Assembly: GCA_030018135.1 (NCBI GenBank)
Contig: JASEGJ010000004.1
Coordinates: 31 to 64,030 of the forward strand
DNA length: 64,000 nt
Direction: 5' to 3'
From: Candidatus Hodarchaeaceae archaeon
GTDB lineage: Archaea > Hadarchaeota > Hadarchaeia > Hadarchaeales > Hadarchaeaceae
Position 1 is the stretch's first letter. Each line of letters opens with the position of its first letter. The position numbers were made by a program, and so were the translations under genes. Shown one piece after another: positions 49,633-58,990 of this stretch. The notes under the pieces were generated by a model that searched no databases, was not told the origin of the DNA, and saw only the letters and a program-made list of their open reading frames with translations.

Positions 49633-49698
49633 TACGCTTGCTGAAGCAGATCAGCTGGTTTTAGAGGAGATTTTCCAGAAATTTTTCTGGAGAGCCGT

Positions 49699-50724
49699 TC
49701 ACCTCTGCGGCTCGACGATCACCTTGATGGATTCCCTGGCGTCGGCGACGAGCTTGAAGCCCAAGCCCGCTTCGCCCAAGCTCAATCGGTGGGTGATCAT
49801 CTCCCGTACGTTCACCTTGCGGTCGCCGATCAGTTTCAAGGCCTCCTCGAGGTCCCCGGGCCCCGCGCCGTAGGAGGTCATCATCGTTATCTCGTCGCGC
49901 CAGAAGTCGGCGATGGGGACGGAAACGTCGACGCCCGGCCCAAGCACGGCGAAGAATAAAACGGTGCCCCCGCGATCCACGCATCGCAACGCCTGCTCGC
50001 TCGCGGATGCAGCCCCCGTGCAAACGATCACTTTGTCCGCGAGCCTGCCCTCGTTGAGTTGACGCAACTTTTCAGGCACATCCTCCTCGGCTTGTACCGC
50101 CTCATCAGCGCCAAATTTTTTCGCGGCATTCAAGCGGTACTCGTTTACGTCTGTCGCGATTACCCGCTCCGCCCCCCGCGCGCGGGCGAGTTGCACGTGA
50201 AGCAGCCCGGAGACGCCGCTGCCCAAGATGAGCACGGCATCGCCCCCTTTCACGCGGGCCAACCTTTGTCCGCGCACCGCGCATCCGAGCGGCTCGATGA
50301 AGGTCCCCTCCTCAAAGGACATGTTCTTGGGCAGGAGGTAGACGCCGCGCTCCACGTTTATCCTCGGCACGCGTATGTACTCCGCAAAGCCCCCGGGATC
50401 GTAATTCGTCTTATGAAGGGTTTCGCAGGCCGTATGATGGCCGCCCATGCAATAACGACATTTGCCGCACGGGACGTGATGGGAGACGAAGACCCCGTCG
50501 CCCACTTTGTAACGCTCCACGCCCTCCCCCACTTCAACTATCTCGCCGGTGGCCTCGTGGCCGAGCACCCGCGGCGCTTTCGGGACGCGGTACCACTCGA
50601 GCACATCCGAGCCGCAAATCCCGCACGCCATCACCTTCATCAAAAATTCACCAGCGCCTATCCTCGGCTTGGGCAGCTCCTCAAGTCTCACATCTCGGTT
50701 GTTGTAGTACATGGCGACGCGCAT
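49699..50724 (-). CDS. Zinc-dependent alcohol/threonine dehydrogenase (MDR family)
   Basis: GHE zinc motif (VLGHEATGEIVEVG). Structural-Zn CxxCxxC...C motif. GSGVSG NAD motif. Start chosen at MRVAMYY. Confidence 0.8.
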   Translation of the reverse strand: MRVAMYYNNRDVRLEELPKPRIGAGEFLMKVMACGICGSDVLEWYRVPKAPRVLGHEATGEIVEVGEGVERYKVGDGVFVSHHVPCGKCRYCMGGHHTACETLHKTNYDPGGFAEYIRVPRINVERGVYLLPKNMSFEEGTFIEPLGCAVRGQRLARVKGGDAVLILGSGVSGLLHVQLARARGAERVIATDVNEYRLNAAKKFGADEAVQAEEDVPEKLRQLNEGRLADKVIVCTGAASASEQALRCVDRGGTVLFFAVLGPGVDVSVPIADFWRDEITMMTSYGAGPGDLEEALKLIGDRKVNVREMITHRLSLGEAGLGFKLVADARESIKVIVEPQR

Positions 50725-50800
50725 TCTAGCCCCCGATTGATTCGGTTCGACATGTGAAATCTTTTCGATTTCTATATTTTGGCAAGGCCCGCACCACCCT

Positions 50801-51724
50801 TTAAAGCAGGGGGCACAAAAAGCTGCCGAAAGGGGTGAATGCACTTTTTCGCCCCTCCCTCCGAGCCTTATAGCCGTAGGCGAGGCCGACGACGAGCCCG
50901 GAGAGGTGGGCCGTGTGAGCGATGGAGCCGAGTGGACCGGAGAACGCTAGGATGGCCGATATGGCCCCGAAACCCAACGTAACCATCCAGAGTTGCATTG
51001 GGATGAGGAAAAAGAGGAGGACCGGCAGGCGAGGCGCGAGCACGGTCAGGGTGCCAAGCGCTCCGAGGATGGCGCCGCTCGCCCCCAGCACCACGATGTC
51101 GGAAGGGATAACTAGGAGTTGAGCGGCGCTGGCCAAAACTCCGGCCCCCAAAAAGATGTGGAGGAATCTTTTTCTGCCTATCCTCATCTCGAGCATCGGA
51201 CCGAAGAAGAAAAGGGCAATCCCGTTCACCAACAGGTGCGTGAACCCCGCGTGGAGAAAGATGGATGTCAGGAGGGTCCAAGGTCTGGCGATGGCCGTGG
51301 CTCGAGACGGGGCGAGGTAATAAAGGAAGGTGCTGTAATCCCCGGGGATGTAATACGACTGGTCCAGCACCGCTTGGGCCATCAGCTGCCCCAGGTATGC
51401 GCAGAAAATCACCAGCAGGATGACCGTGCTCGGCCGGCGAAGGATGAAATGCCTAAAAAAGCTCGGCCACCCGCTTGGGAACCCCGAGGTCCTGATTTCA
51501 TATCGTATCACCGTCGAGGGCACGGTCTCCCCAAGTTCGAATTTTGAGATCACATGCCGATAAGTTCGCCCCCGCCCGCTAGGTTTGACCTCCACCGATC
51601 GCGTGCAAGGATGATTTTCCGGTAGCCTGTGCTCCGGGCAAAAAGTGCCCCCACAGTACCTACACTTAAACGGTAGCGCAATCCCCTTGCCGCAGATGTC
51701 ACAGGTCGCCATCTTCGCCGCCAC
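50801..51724 (-). CDS. Rhomboid-family intramembrane serine protease with an N-terminal AN1-type zinc finger
   Basis: N-terminus CDICG...CRYCGGTFCPEH...HPC. Rhomboid GASGAILG and conserved His in the last TM segments. Confidence 0.7.
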   Translation of the reverse strand: MAAKMATCDICGKGIALPFKCRYCGGTFCPEHRLPENHPCTRSVEVKPSGRGRTYRHVISKFELGETVPSTVIRYEIRTSGFPSGWPSFFRHFILRRPSTVILLVIFCAYLGQLMAQAVLDQSYYIPGDYSTFLYYLAPSRATAIARPWTLLTSIFLHAGFTHLLVNGIALFFFGPMLEMRIGRKRFLHIFLGAGVLASAAQLLVIPSDIVVLGASGAILGALGTLTVLAPRLPVLLFFLIPMQLWMVTLGFGAISAILAFSGPLGSIAHTAHLSGLVVGLAYGYKARREGRKSAFTPFGSFLCPLL

Positions 51725-51812
51725 GGGAGGACCGGAAGTTTGGTCATCTTCCCATTTGCCCGGTCCAGCCAGTAACCTCCGGTCATGGGTACATGCATAT
51801 TTCGATTTCAGC

Positions 51813-52616
51813 CTACTTTTCCCCGGCGCTTTTTACCTCGTTGAATAAATCGTGCGCTTCCCTCGGGGTGGCATTTTCGTGGATGATCGCGCGGATTGCC
51901 CTGATCATCGCCACCGGGTAATCGTGCTGCCAGATGTTCCTCCCCAGGTTCACGCCTATGGCGCCCTTCTGAATGCCATCGTAAACGAATTCAAAAACCT
52001 CGAGCTCGGACTCCACCTTAGGCCCGCCCGCAATGACCACCGGCACCGGACAGCCCCTCACGACCCTTTCGAAGCCCTCTTCGCAGTAGTACGTTTTCAC
52101 CACCCGCGCGCCCAGCTCCGCGGCGACCCTGCAGCACAAGGCGAGATATCGAGCCTCGCGCTTCTCCAACTCCGCGCCGACAGCTGTGACCGCCATTACG
52201 GGGATGCCGTACTCCTCGCACTCGTTGACGAGGTTGGAGAGGTTCAACAACGTCTGGTGTTCGTTCGGCGCTCCGATGAAGATCGACACCGAAACAGCAC
52301 TGGCGTTGAGGCGGATTGCCTCCTTCACCGAAGTCGTTACGCCCTCGCGGTCGAGCTCATCCTTCCTAGCCATGCTCGTGCCGCCGGAAACCCTGAGGAT
52401 GACCGGTTTGGTGTTGGCGGGGTCTATACACGAGCGGAGCACCCCCCTCGTGAGCATGATCGCGTCCGCGTACGGGAGGAGGGGCCTGACGGTCTTGCCC
52501 GGCTCTTCCAATTTATGCGTGGGGCCCTGGAAATACCCGTGATCTATGGGCAAGAATAGAGCCCTGCCATCCGGTTGGATCAGCTGCGCAAGCCTGTTTT
52601 TCATCCCCCAATCCAT
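51813..52616 (-). CDS. Class I fructose-bisphosphate aldolase (DhnA family) / ADH synthase-like
   Basis: DhnA-type TIM barrel. 267 aa. Confidence 0.7.
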   Translation of the reverse strand: MDWGMKNRLAQLIQPDGRALFLPIDHGYFQGPTHKLEEPGKTVRPLLPYADAIMLTRGVLRSCIDPANTKPVILRVSGGTSMARKDELDREGVTTSVKEAIRLNASAVSVSIFIGAPNEHQTLLNLSNLVNECEEYGIPVMAVTAVGAELEKREARYLALCCRVAAELGARVVKTYYCEEGFERVVRGCPVPVVIAGGPKVESELEVFEFVYDGIQKGAIGVNLGRNIWQHDYPVAMIRAIRAIIHENATPREAHDLFNEVKSAGEK

Positions 52617-52629
52617 AGAACGCGCCCCC

Positions 52630-52920
52630 TTATTTTTCAGGTCTGACGATTAAATAGCCTTTCTCCATCAGCCAATGATGAAATTCCCATGTGGTATGTC
52701 TACAATCGATTTTGCAGGTTTGTCTCGTTCTTTCGTATTCCTCAGAACCCTCCCTTTGCGAGTTCAGGGCTAGCTGTACCGGGCATCTCACGTCGTTGCA
52801 GAATTCCCTCTTCTTGTACTCCACATATCCCTCGATCGACATGGCCTCGCCCTTTAACTTCAGCAGTCCTCGGTTTTGCAAAATGTACTGCGTCCACGTT
52901 GAATATATCCCTAATCGCAT
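52630..52920 (-). CDS. Small Cys-containing hypothetical protein
   Basis: 96 aa with four Cys (C..C, C..C). The start is possibly at M27. Confidence 0.3.
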   Translation of the reverse strand: MRLGIYSTWTQYILQNRGLLKLKGEAMSIEGYVEYKKREFCNDVRCPVQLALNSQREGSEEYERTRQTCKIDCRHTTWEFHHWLMEKGYLIVRPEK

Positions 52921-52997
52921 GCACGATATCGCGCGCGGTCAGTGGGGCCAATGCTTAGATAGAGGTTTTAATCCATGCAAAATCTAAACGTTAGCAT

Positions 52998-53088
52998 GCG
53001 GCCGTGGTCCAGCCTGGTTAAGGAGTTTTCCGCCAATAGACTCAGGCCCTCCAAGCCTGAAGCGCGGGTTCGAATCCCGCCGGCCGCA
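52998..53088 (+). tRNA. tRNA, probably Gly (anticodon TCC), with an insertion of about 16 nt between the D-arm and the anticodon stem
   Basis: Acceptor GCGGCCG/CGGCCGC+A. T-arm GCGGG-TTCGAAT-CCCGC. Anticodon arm CAGGC-CCTCCAA-GCCTG. TTTTCCGCCAATAGACT lies between the D-arm and that arm. Confidence 0.55.
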
Positions 53089-53090
53089 CC

Positions 53091-53738
53091 TCACCTCCGT
53101 CCCGACTTCCTCAGCGGATAGATCAACGCCGCCCCCGCTATGAAGCCGCCGATGTGCGCCCAGTACGCAACGCTGGTGGGCGTGCCGGCGATCCAGGAGA
53201 TGGATGCGCTTAAAATCTGGAGGACGAACCAAAAGCCGAGAAATACGATGGCGGGGATTCTGACGAGGTGAAAGACATAAAAGGCCATCAGTAGCGTATA
53301 AACTTTTGTTTTTGGATATAGCACCAAATATGCGCCGAGGACCCCTGAGATCGCCCCCGAGGCACCTATTGTCGGGATGCCTGAACTCGGGTCATGAAAT
53401 GCGTGCGCGAGGCTCGCGGCCAACCCGCTGGTGAAATACAACAGCAAAAATCTCAACCTACCGCAGGCGTCCTCTATGTTGTCCCCGAAGATCCACAGGT
53501 ACCACATGTTCCCGATGATGTGGAGGAATCCGCCGTGCAAGAACATCGAGGTGAACAGGGTGTACAGCCGTTCGACTTTAAACACATCCCTTGGCACCAT
53601 ACCGTATTCCTCAATAATTTGTGCGAAGGACCCCGACAGGAGGGAGGCGGCAAAGATCGCGACGTTTACTGATATCAAAAACACGGTAAGAACCGGCTTA
53701 ATCTCGGTCGGGTTCTCGTCCTTTAGGGGAAAGGCCAT
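53091..53738 (-). CDS. Rhomboid-family intramembrane serine protease
   Basis: GASGAISGVLG catalytic Ser motif. Catalytic His in WAHIGGFIAG. 215 aa. The stop abuts the tRNA 3' end. Confidence 0.75.
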   Translation of the reverse strand: MAFPLKDENPTEIKPVLTVFLISVNVAIFAASLLSGSFAQIIEEYGMVPRDVFKVERLYTLFTSMFLHGGFLHIIGNMWYLWIFGDNIEDACGRLRFLLLYFTSGLAASLAHAFHDPSSGIPTIGASGAISGVLGAYLVLYPKTKVYTLLMAFYVFHLVRIPAIVFLGFWFVLQILSASISWIAGTPTSVAYWAHIGGFIAGAALIYPLRKSGRR

Positions 53739-54365
53739 TTGAAGTCCTCGTTTTTATGGTCAAGCCGCGGTGGGAATAACCAACTGATGATAAGACCACC
53801 GTCTTTTGCCCACAAATCCTTCACCGATCCGGGACTCTTTTCATTCTCCACGTCCATGTCATAAAAGGACATCGTACTATTTTGGATGTCCAGCAACCTT
53901 GATCGCCACGATGTCCTCCCTGAATTTTTTGTTCGGAACTATCATCAGGCGCCCATCCGAGGTTTTTAGCTTTGTCACCGTTAGGGTTATTTCAATAACC
54001 TTGCCGCGTTTGCCGCCGATCTCCACCTCGCTTCCGACATTGATCAACCTGTCGCCGATGAGTGAAATGCCCGCGAAGACGTTTGATATCCAGATGTCCT
54101 TGAGGGTAAACACGAGTGCAGCCCCGATCACCCCGAGCGCGGCCAAAATGCTCAATAGCGTTGAGATCAAATCCCAGATATGTAGCACGAGCAGCATCAA
54201 GCCGATCGCAAAAATGCCGGAAATGAAATTTGTGAGATTTTGATGCCCAGTTAACCCGCCGAGCTTTCGGTTGACAACCACGCCGAAGAGCAGCCTAAAT
54301 GCGAACGCAACCGCAACGATCGCCAGCGTGGCCGAAGCTCTGATGTCCAACATACTTGGGCCCAA
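53723..54365 (-). CDS. MscS-family small-conductance mechanosensitive channel; frameshifted in this assembly at the T/A-run 53880-53883
   Basis: TM3 and beta-domain (GDRLINVGSEVEIGGKRGKVIEITLTVTKLKTSDGRLMIVPN) in one frame. The C-terminal domain (STMSFYDMDVE..., ending ...FKWPFP*, compare MscS IGVAYDSDID and IPFPQ) is in the +1 frame. Confidence 0.55.
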
Positions 54366-54417
54366 CTTGACTCCTGCGGCGAGTTAATAATAGTTTTCTC
54401 GCACAAGTACATCTGGT

Positions 54418-55116
54418 GTGCGCATGCTTCACATGATACTGGCGGATGCCGAGCTCGAAACCGTGCCTCCGGAGATCGCGTCCGACAGGTCCATCGCATG
54501 GCAGGCACGCCGCCGCGGGAGACGCCCCACCGAAGTGCTGCTCGACTCCAACTATCATCACTTGGCCATGCGGGGGTTGCGTGAGGCCGACCGCCGCGGA
54601 AGGCCGGACATCGTGCACGTCTGTACTTTGCTAGCGCTCGATAGCCCGCTGAATCGCGAGGGATTGTTGAGGCTTTACATCCACACCCGCCACAACAGGC
54701 TTATTACCATCGACCGAGGGACGCGCATGCCGCGTGCCTACAATCGCTTCGTCGGGTTGATCGAGCAACTTTTCCTCGTGGGCGCCGCACCCCCCGACGA
54801 ACCGTTGTTGTGCCTGGAGGAAGCGTCGCTGGCAGACATCGTTCATCGCATCGGGCCCACCAAAGTTATCACATTTAGTGAGGGTGGACAGAGAAAATCC
54901 TACGCCGAAATCTTTCGGGGCATTTCAATTGACGATGAGGTATGCACCATCATCGGCGGTTTCCCGCATGGCGATTTCATCTCCAACATCGTCGAGTTGT
55001 CCGATGAACTCGTGTGCGTGGACCCGGAACGGCTCGAAGCCTCAACCGTCGTAAATAGGGTAATTTGCGCATGCGAAGATGCCCTCGGCATCCAAAAAAT
55101 TAGATTGAGCAGGTAA
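54418..55116 (+). CDS. nep1: Ribosome biogenesis protein Nep1/Emg1 (SPOUT pseudouridine-N1 methyltransferase)
   Basis: Nep1 family. 232 aa. Confidence 0.8.
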   Translation: MRMLHMILADAELETVPPEIASDRSIAWQARRRGRRPTEVLLDSNYHHLAMRGLREADRRGRPDIVHVCTLLALDSPLNREGLLRLYIHTRHNRLITIDRGTRMPRAYNRFVGLIEQLFLVGAAPPDEPLLCLEEASLADIVHRIGPTKVITFSEGGQRKSYAEIFRGISIDDEVCTIIGGFPHGDFISNIVELSDELVCVDPERLEASTVVNRVICACEDALGIQKIRLSR

Positions 55117-55120
55117 TCGC

Positions 55121-55465
55121 ATGCCCCGTCAAATATCTCGCGAATCGAGGGCCGAAAATAAGGCGATCGCCGCCGAGCGCATCGAGCGCCTTTTTGAGCT
55201 CGCCGAGCGAGCATTCGGCGAGCGCCCCGAGCTGGCCGACAGATACGTTCGACTTGCTTGGCGCTTGGCGACGCGATACAACATAAGGATGCCCCCGCAC
55301 TTCAAAAGAAAGTTCTGCAGGAAATGCTTGGCTTTTCTGAAGCCCGGCGCCAGCTGCCGCGTGCGAATCCGCCCCAGTTACGTGGTCGTCACCTGCCTTA
55401 GATGCAACCACCATATACGCCTCCCTGTGGATCCCAAGGGAAAAAAATGGAGAAATGTTAATTAA
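55121..55465 (+). CDS. rnp4: RNase P protein component Rpp21/Rpr2
   Basis: CRKC...VVTCLRCNH zinc ribbon. Basic N-terminal helix. Confidence 0.8.
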   Translation: MPRQISRESRAENKAIAAERIERLFELAERAFGERPELADRYVRLAWRLATRYNIRMPPHFKRKFCRKCLAFLKPGASCRVRIRPSYVVVTCLRCNHHIRLPVDPKGKKWRNVN

Positions 55466-55523
55466 ACATCGGGTTTAAAGGTTAGATAATCACCACAGCT
55501 AACGGTCGATGGTCGTGAGATAA

Positions 55524-55964
55524 ATGTCGGTTCGGGAAGTTCCGCCGAATATGCTGATCAAGAGGCTCGGCGAGGAGCTCAGGAATTTAAAGGAGCTGCA
55601 GCCTCCCGAGTGGAGCCGCTATGTTAAGACTGGGGCACATAGGGAGCGCCCGCCGGAACAACCAACTTGGTGGCATGTGCGCGCTGCTTCGGTTCTACGG
55701 CGCATTTATCTGGATGGCCCCATCGGCGTCTCAAGACTGCGTACCCACTACGGTGGTCGACGGAAGCGCGGTTCAGCGCCTGGGCACTCCCGGAAGGCCG
55801 GGGGCAAGATTCTGCGCGCGATCTTACAGCAACTTGAACAAGCTGAGCTTGTGACGAAAACGGAGCGTGGTGGTCGGAGGATTACGGCCAAGGGGGCATC
55901 CCTGCTCGATCGTTTGGCTGATCGAATAAAGGCTGAATTGGCTAAGGTGCCGAAAGCGGCGTGA
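55524..55964 (+). CDS. rps19e: 30S ribosomal protein S19e
   Basis: S19e family. 146 aa. Confidence 0.9.
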   Translation: MSVREVPPNMLIKRLGEELRNLKELQPPEWSRYVKTGAHRERPPEQPTWWHVRAASVLRRIYLDGPIGVSRLRTHYGGRRKRGSAPGHSRKAGGKILRAILQQLEQAELVTKTERGGRRITAKGASLLDRLADRIKAELAKVPKAA

Positions 55965-56302
55965 TAGGAATGGAAGATGAGAGGGATATCGAGGAGATCC
56001 GGAGGCGGAGATTGCTGGAACTCCAAGCGAGGCTGGAGGAACAAAGGCGCCAGGAGGAGCTCAGAAGGCAGTATGAGATCCAAAAAAGGCTGGCGTTACA
56101 ACAGATATTAGCGCCTGAAGCACGGAGCAGATTGGCCAATATACGGACGGCAAGGCCCGAGTTTGCCGAGCAGATCGAGCTCCAACTCATTCAGCTCGCT
56201 CAATCCGGCAGGCTCACATCTCAGATCACGGATGCTCAACTACGCGAAATCCTGCGTAGACTTCAGGAGCGCAAGCGCAACATCAGGATAAGGAGGGCGT
56301 GA
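55961..56302 (+). CDS. PDCD5/TFAR19-like dsDNA-binding protein
   Basis: Charged coiled N-terminus. Conserved [25 protein letters not shown]. Confidence 0.75.
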   Translation: MIGMEDERDIEEIRRRRLLELQARLEEQRRQEELRRQYEIQKRLALQQILAPEARSRLANIRTARPEFAEQIELQLIQLAQSGRLTSQITDAQLREILRRLQERKRNIRIRRA

Positions 56303-56303
56303 T

Positions 56304-56459
56304 ATGGCGAGACATAAGCCAGCACCGCTCAAGCGCAGGCTGGCGAGGGCAGGGAGACGCACCCGCCGCACACCAGTTTGGGTCATGGCAAAGACGGCTG
56401 GCAGGGTGCGCACGAGTGTGAAAAGACGGAGTTGGCGCCGTCAAAGGATAAAGCCGTAG
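56304..56459 (+). CDS. rpl39e: 50S ribosomal protein L39e
   Basis: MARHKPAPLKRRLARAGRRTRRTPVWVMAKTAGRVRTSVKRRSWRRQRIKP, 51 aa. Not in the supplied ORF track (below 60 aa). Confidence 0.8.
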   Translation: MARHKPAPLKRRLARAGRRTRRTPVWVMAKTAGRVRTSVKRRSWRRQRIKP

Positions 56460-56473
56460 GGCCGGGGTGACAT

Positions 56474-56725
56474 ATGCCGGAAGAGCGTATCTATGTTGTC
56501 CCGCTCAGGGCCGCCAGGAAGGCGCCCAGACATAGACGCACGCCTCGTGCGGTCAAAGTCGTGCGTGAATTCCTGAAGCGGCACATGAAGTCCGAGAACA
56601 TCAAGCTCAACGAAGGGTTGAACAGAAAGCTTTGGGAGCGCGGGATCGAACGGACCCTGCCACGGATTCGTTTGCGCGTCGTCAAACAGGACGATGGCTC
56701 AGTAGAAGCCTTTTTGGCCGAGTGA
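56474..56725 (+). CDS. rpl31e: 50S ribosomal protein L31e
   Basis: L31e family. 83 aa. Confidence 0.85.
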   Translation: MPEERIYVVPLRAARKAPRHRRTPRAVKVVREFLKRHMKSENIKLNEGLNRKLWERGIERTLPRIRLRVVKQDDGSVEAFLAE

Positions 56726-56730
56726 TCCAA

Positions 56731-57393
56731 ATGCCCATTTTGCGCGTTAATTTCGACCATCTCCCGTATCTTGGGGTCTTCGCCATAGCGACGGACAGGG
56801 TAGCGATAGTGCCCAAGCGCTTTACCATCCGCGAGAAGCTCGTGATGGAAGCATTGGGCATGCAACCCATGCGGGCAAGCATAAGCAGGAGCCCCCTGAT
56901 CGGCCTGTTCACGGCTGGTAACTCAAATGGGTTGGTTGTGTCGAACTTGCTGGAGGCCGACGAGGAAAACTTTCTATCCCAGTTTAAGTTAAAGGTCGCG
57001 CGCATGCCGGGTAAGTACACCGCAGTCGGAAACATGGTACTAGCAAACGATAAAGGTGCAGTCCTCAATCCGGACTTGCCCGATGGGGCAATCGAACTGA
57101 TAAGCAAGACGCTCGGCGTGCCCGTCAAGCGGGGCACGATCGCCGGTCTCAAAAATGTTGGGGCCGCCGGGGTCGCCACCAATAAAGGGGCCCTCTTGCA
57201 TCCCGACGCGCTCAGCGAGGAGATCGAGACAATAGAAAGAGTCCTCGGCGTGCCAGCGGATATCGGCACGGCCTGCAGCGGCGTAAAATATGTTGGCATA
57301 TGCATGATAGCGAACTCACACGGCGCCCTCGTCGGAGAGACGACAACCGGGCCCGAGATCGGCAGGATAGAAAGCGCCCTCGGCTTCATCTGA
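56731..57393 (+). CDS. eif6: Translation initiation factor 6 (aIF6)
   Basis: MPILRVNFDHLPYLGVFAIATD... with a pentameric repeat fold. Confidence 0.9.
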   Translation: MPILRVNFDHLPYLGVFAIATDRVAIVPKRFTIREKLVMEALGMQPMRASISRSPLIGLFTAGNSNGLVVSNLLEADEENFLSQFKLKVARMPGKYTAVGNMVLANDKGAVLNPDLPDGAIELISKTLGVPVKRGTIAGLKNVGAAGVATNKGALLHPDALSEEIETIERVLGVPADIGTACSGVKYVGICMIANSHGALVGETTTGPEIGRIESALGFI

Positions 57394-57405
57394 GGCATCC
57401 ATATA

Positions 57406-57604
57406 ATAAGGATATTCCGCGTAAGGGGCTGGTTCAAACAAGGTGACCGACGCCAAAAGTTCACGCGTGAGCTCCCCGCGCTATCCGAAAAACAAGTCCT
57501 CGAGCGAGTTTACTCCGAGTTGGGGGAGCAAGCACAGGGTCAAGCGAAACTTAATTCATATTGAGGGGATAACAGAAATTAAAGCCGAAGGGACGGTCGC
57601 ATAA
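57406..57604 (+). CDS. rplX: 50S ribosomal protein LX (L18Ae); frameshifted in this assembly at G-run 57522-57526; apparent ATA start
   Basis: (I)RIFRVRGWFKQGDRRQKFTRELPALSEKQVLERVYSELG in one frame. SKHRVKRNLIHIEGITEIKAEGTVA* in the +1 frame. Together these match LX (MKVFRVKGTF..GDRMQKFTKEV...YSEFGSRHKVKRSHIKIEEIEEI). Sits in the conserved aIF6-LX-pfdA-ftsY position. Confidence 0.6.
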
Positions 57605-57620
57605 CGCTATAGGTGGTTAA

Positions 57621-58061
57621 ATGGAGAACCTATCACTGGAGAACAGACAAAGGCTCCAGCGTATTCTCAACGAGATTGGCAACTATCAAGCTACAGCTGA
57701 TCTGCTTCGTCAGCAAATTTCCTTCTTGGCCGCTTCTTTGTCCGAGCTCTCCATGACGGCCGAGACGATTAGAACCATCAAGGAGCTTAAGCCGGAAACC
57801 GAGATACTCGTGCCGATAGGCTCCGACTCATTTGTAACGGCGAAGCTAGCTCTCACGGATAAGGTGACGGTAGGGTTGGGTGCGGATGTGGCAGCGGAGC
57901 AGGGCATAGATGACGCTATGCGGATGCTTGAAACGCGGACTGTAGAGATCGAACAAGCCATGGAACGGGCTAGGCAGGAGCTGGAAAAGCTCAACGAGCG
58001 TATTGAGGCACTAAGGCCAGAAGCAGAGCGAATTTTGGAAAAGACGAAAGAAAAAAAATAG
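57621..58061 (+). CDS. pfdA: Prefoldin alpha subunit
   Basis: Coiled-coil/beta-hairpin/coiled-coil architecture. 146 aa. Confidence 0.85.
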   Translation: MENLSLENRQRLQRILNEIGNYQATADLLRQQISFLAASLSELSMTAETIRTIKELKPETEILVPIGSDSFVTAKLALTDKVTVGLGADVAAEQGIDDAMRMLETRTVEIEQAMERARQELEKLNERIEALRPEAERILEKTKEKK

Positions 58062-58081
58062 TTACGGCAGACGGCGATTGC

Positions 58082-58990
58082 ATGCTCGAGAAGTTGCGGC
58101 AAAAGTTCAGGCGAGTGGTCAAGCGCGTAACGCGTCGCGAGCTAAGCCCCGCCGATGTTGAGGATATCATCTGGGAGCTTCAAGTTGGCCTGCTTGAGAG
58201 CGATGTCGCCGTGCCCGTTGCGGATAAGATCATCGAGCGGGTCAGGGAGCAGCTCTCCGGACGAAAGCTGGGCCTAAAGGAAGATCCGCGAAAGCTCGCC
58301 GACGAGGTATTGCGCCAAGCAATTCATGAGGTGCTGGGCACCGACGGGAAAGTTGACCTGCTCAAGCTCATCGATGCCAAACGCGCGCGGGGCGAGCCGG
58401 CCGTGCTCGTTTTCGTTGGGATAAATGGTCATGGGAAAACAACCACAATAGCAAAGCTTGCAAAGTATCTATTGGACCGCGGTTACAAGCCGGTGCTTGC
58501 AGCCGCGGATACCTTTCGCGCCGCGGGTATAGAGCAGCTTGAAATTCACGCAGAGCGCTTGGACTTGGGTGTTGTTAAACAACGACGGGGCGCGGATGCC
58601 GCCGCCGTCGCCTACGATGCGGTCGCCCATGCTAAAGCTAGGGGGCTCGATGTCGTGCTCGTCGACACCGCCGGGCGGATGCAGACCGACATCAACCTAA
58701 TGGACGAAATGCGCAAAATCGTGAGGGTAGTTAAGCCGGACCTGACCATTTTCGTCGGCGATGCATTGACCGGCAACGACGCGGTCGAGCAGGCATCGAC
58801 ATTTGATCGGTCGGTCGGGATAGATGGCTCCATACTCTGCAAGATGGACGCCGACTCCCGCGGGGGAGCGGCCCTGTCGATAACCCATGTGACAGGCAAG
58901 CCGATTTTATTCTTGGGCACGGGACAGGGCTATGGCGATCTAGTGGAGTTCGATCCGAACATCATTTTGAATGCTTTATTCACCGACTGA
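58082..58990 (+). CDS. ftsY: Signal recognition particle receptor FtsY
   Basis: NG domain motifs: GINGHGKTTTIAKLA and DTAGR. Confidence 0.9.
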   Translation: MLEKLRQKFRRVVKRVTRRELSPADVEDIIWELQVGLLESDVAVPVADKIIERVREQLSGRKLGLKEDPRKLADEVLRQAIHEVLGTDGKVDLLKLIDAKRARGEPAVLVFVGINGHGKTTTIAKLAKYLLDRGYKPVLAAADTFRAAGIEQLEIHAERLDLGVVKQRRGADAAAVAYDAVAHAKARGLDVVLVDTAGRMQTDINLMDEMRKIVRVVKPDLTIFVGDALTGNDAVEQASTFDRSVGIDGSILCKMDADSRGGAALSITHVTGKPILFLGTGQGYGDLVEFDPNIILNALFTD

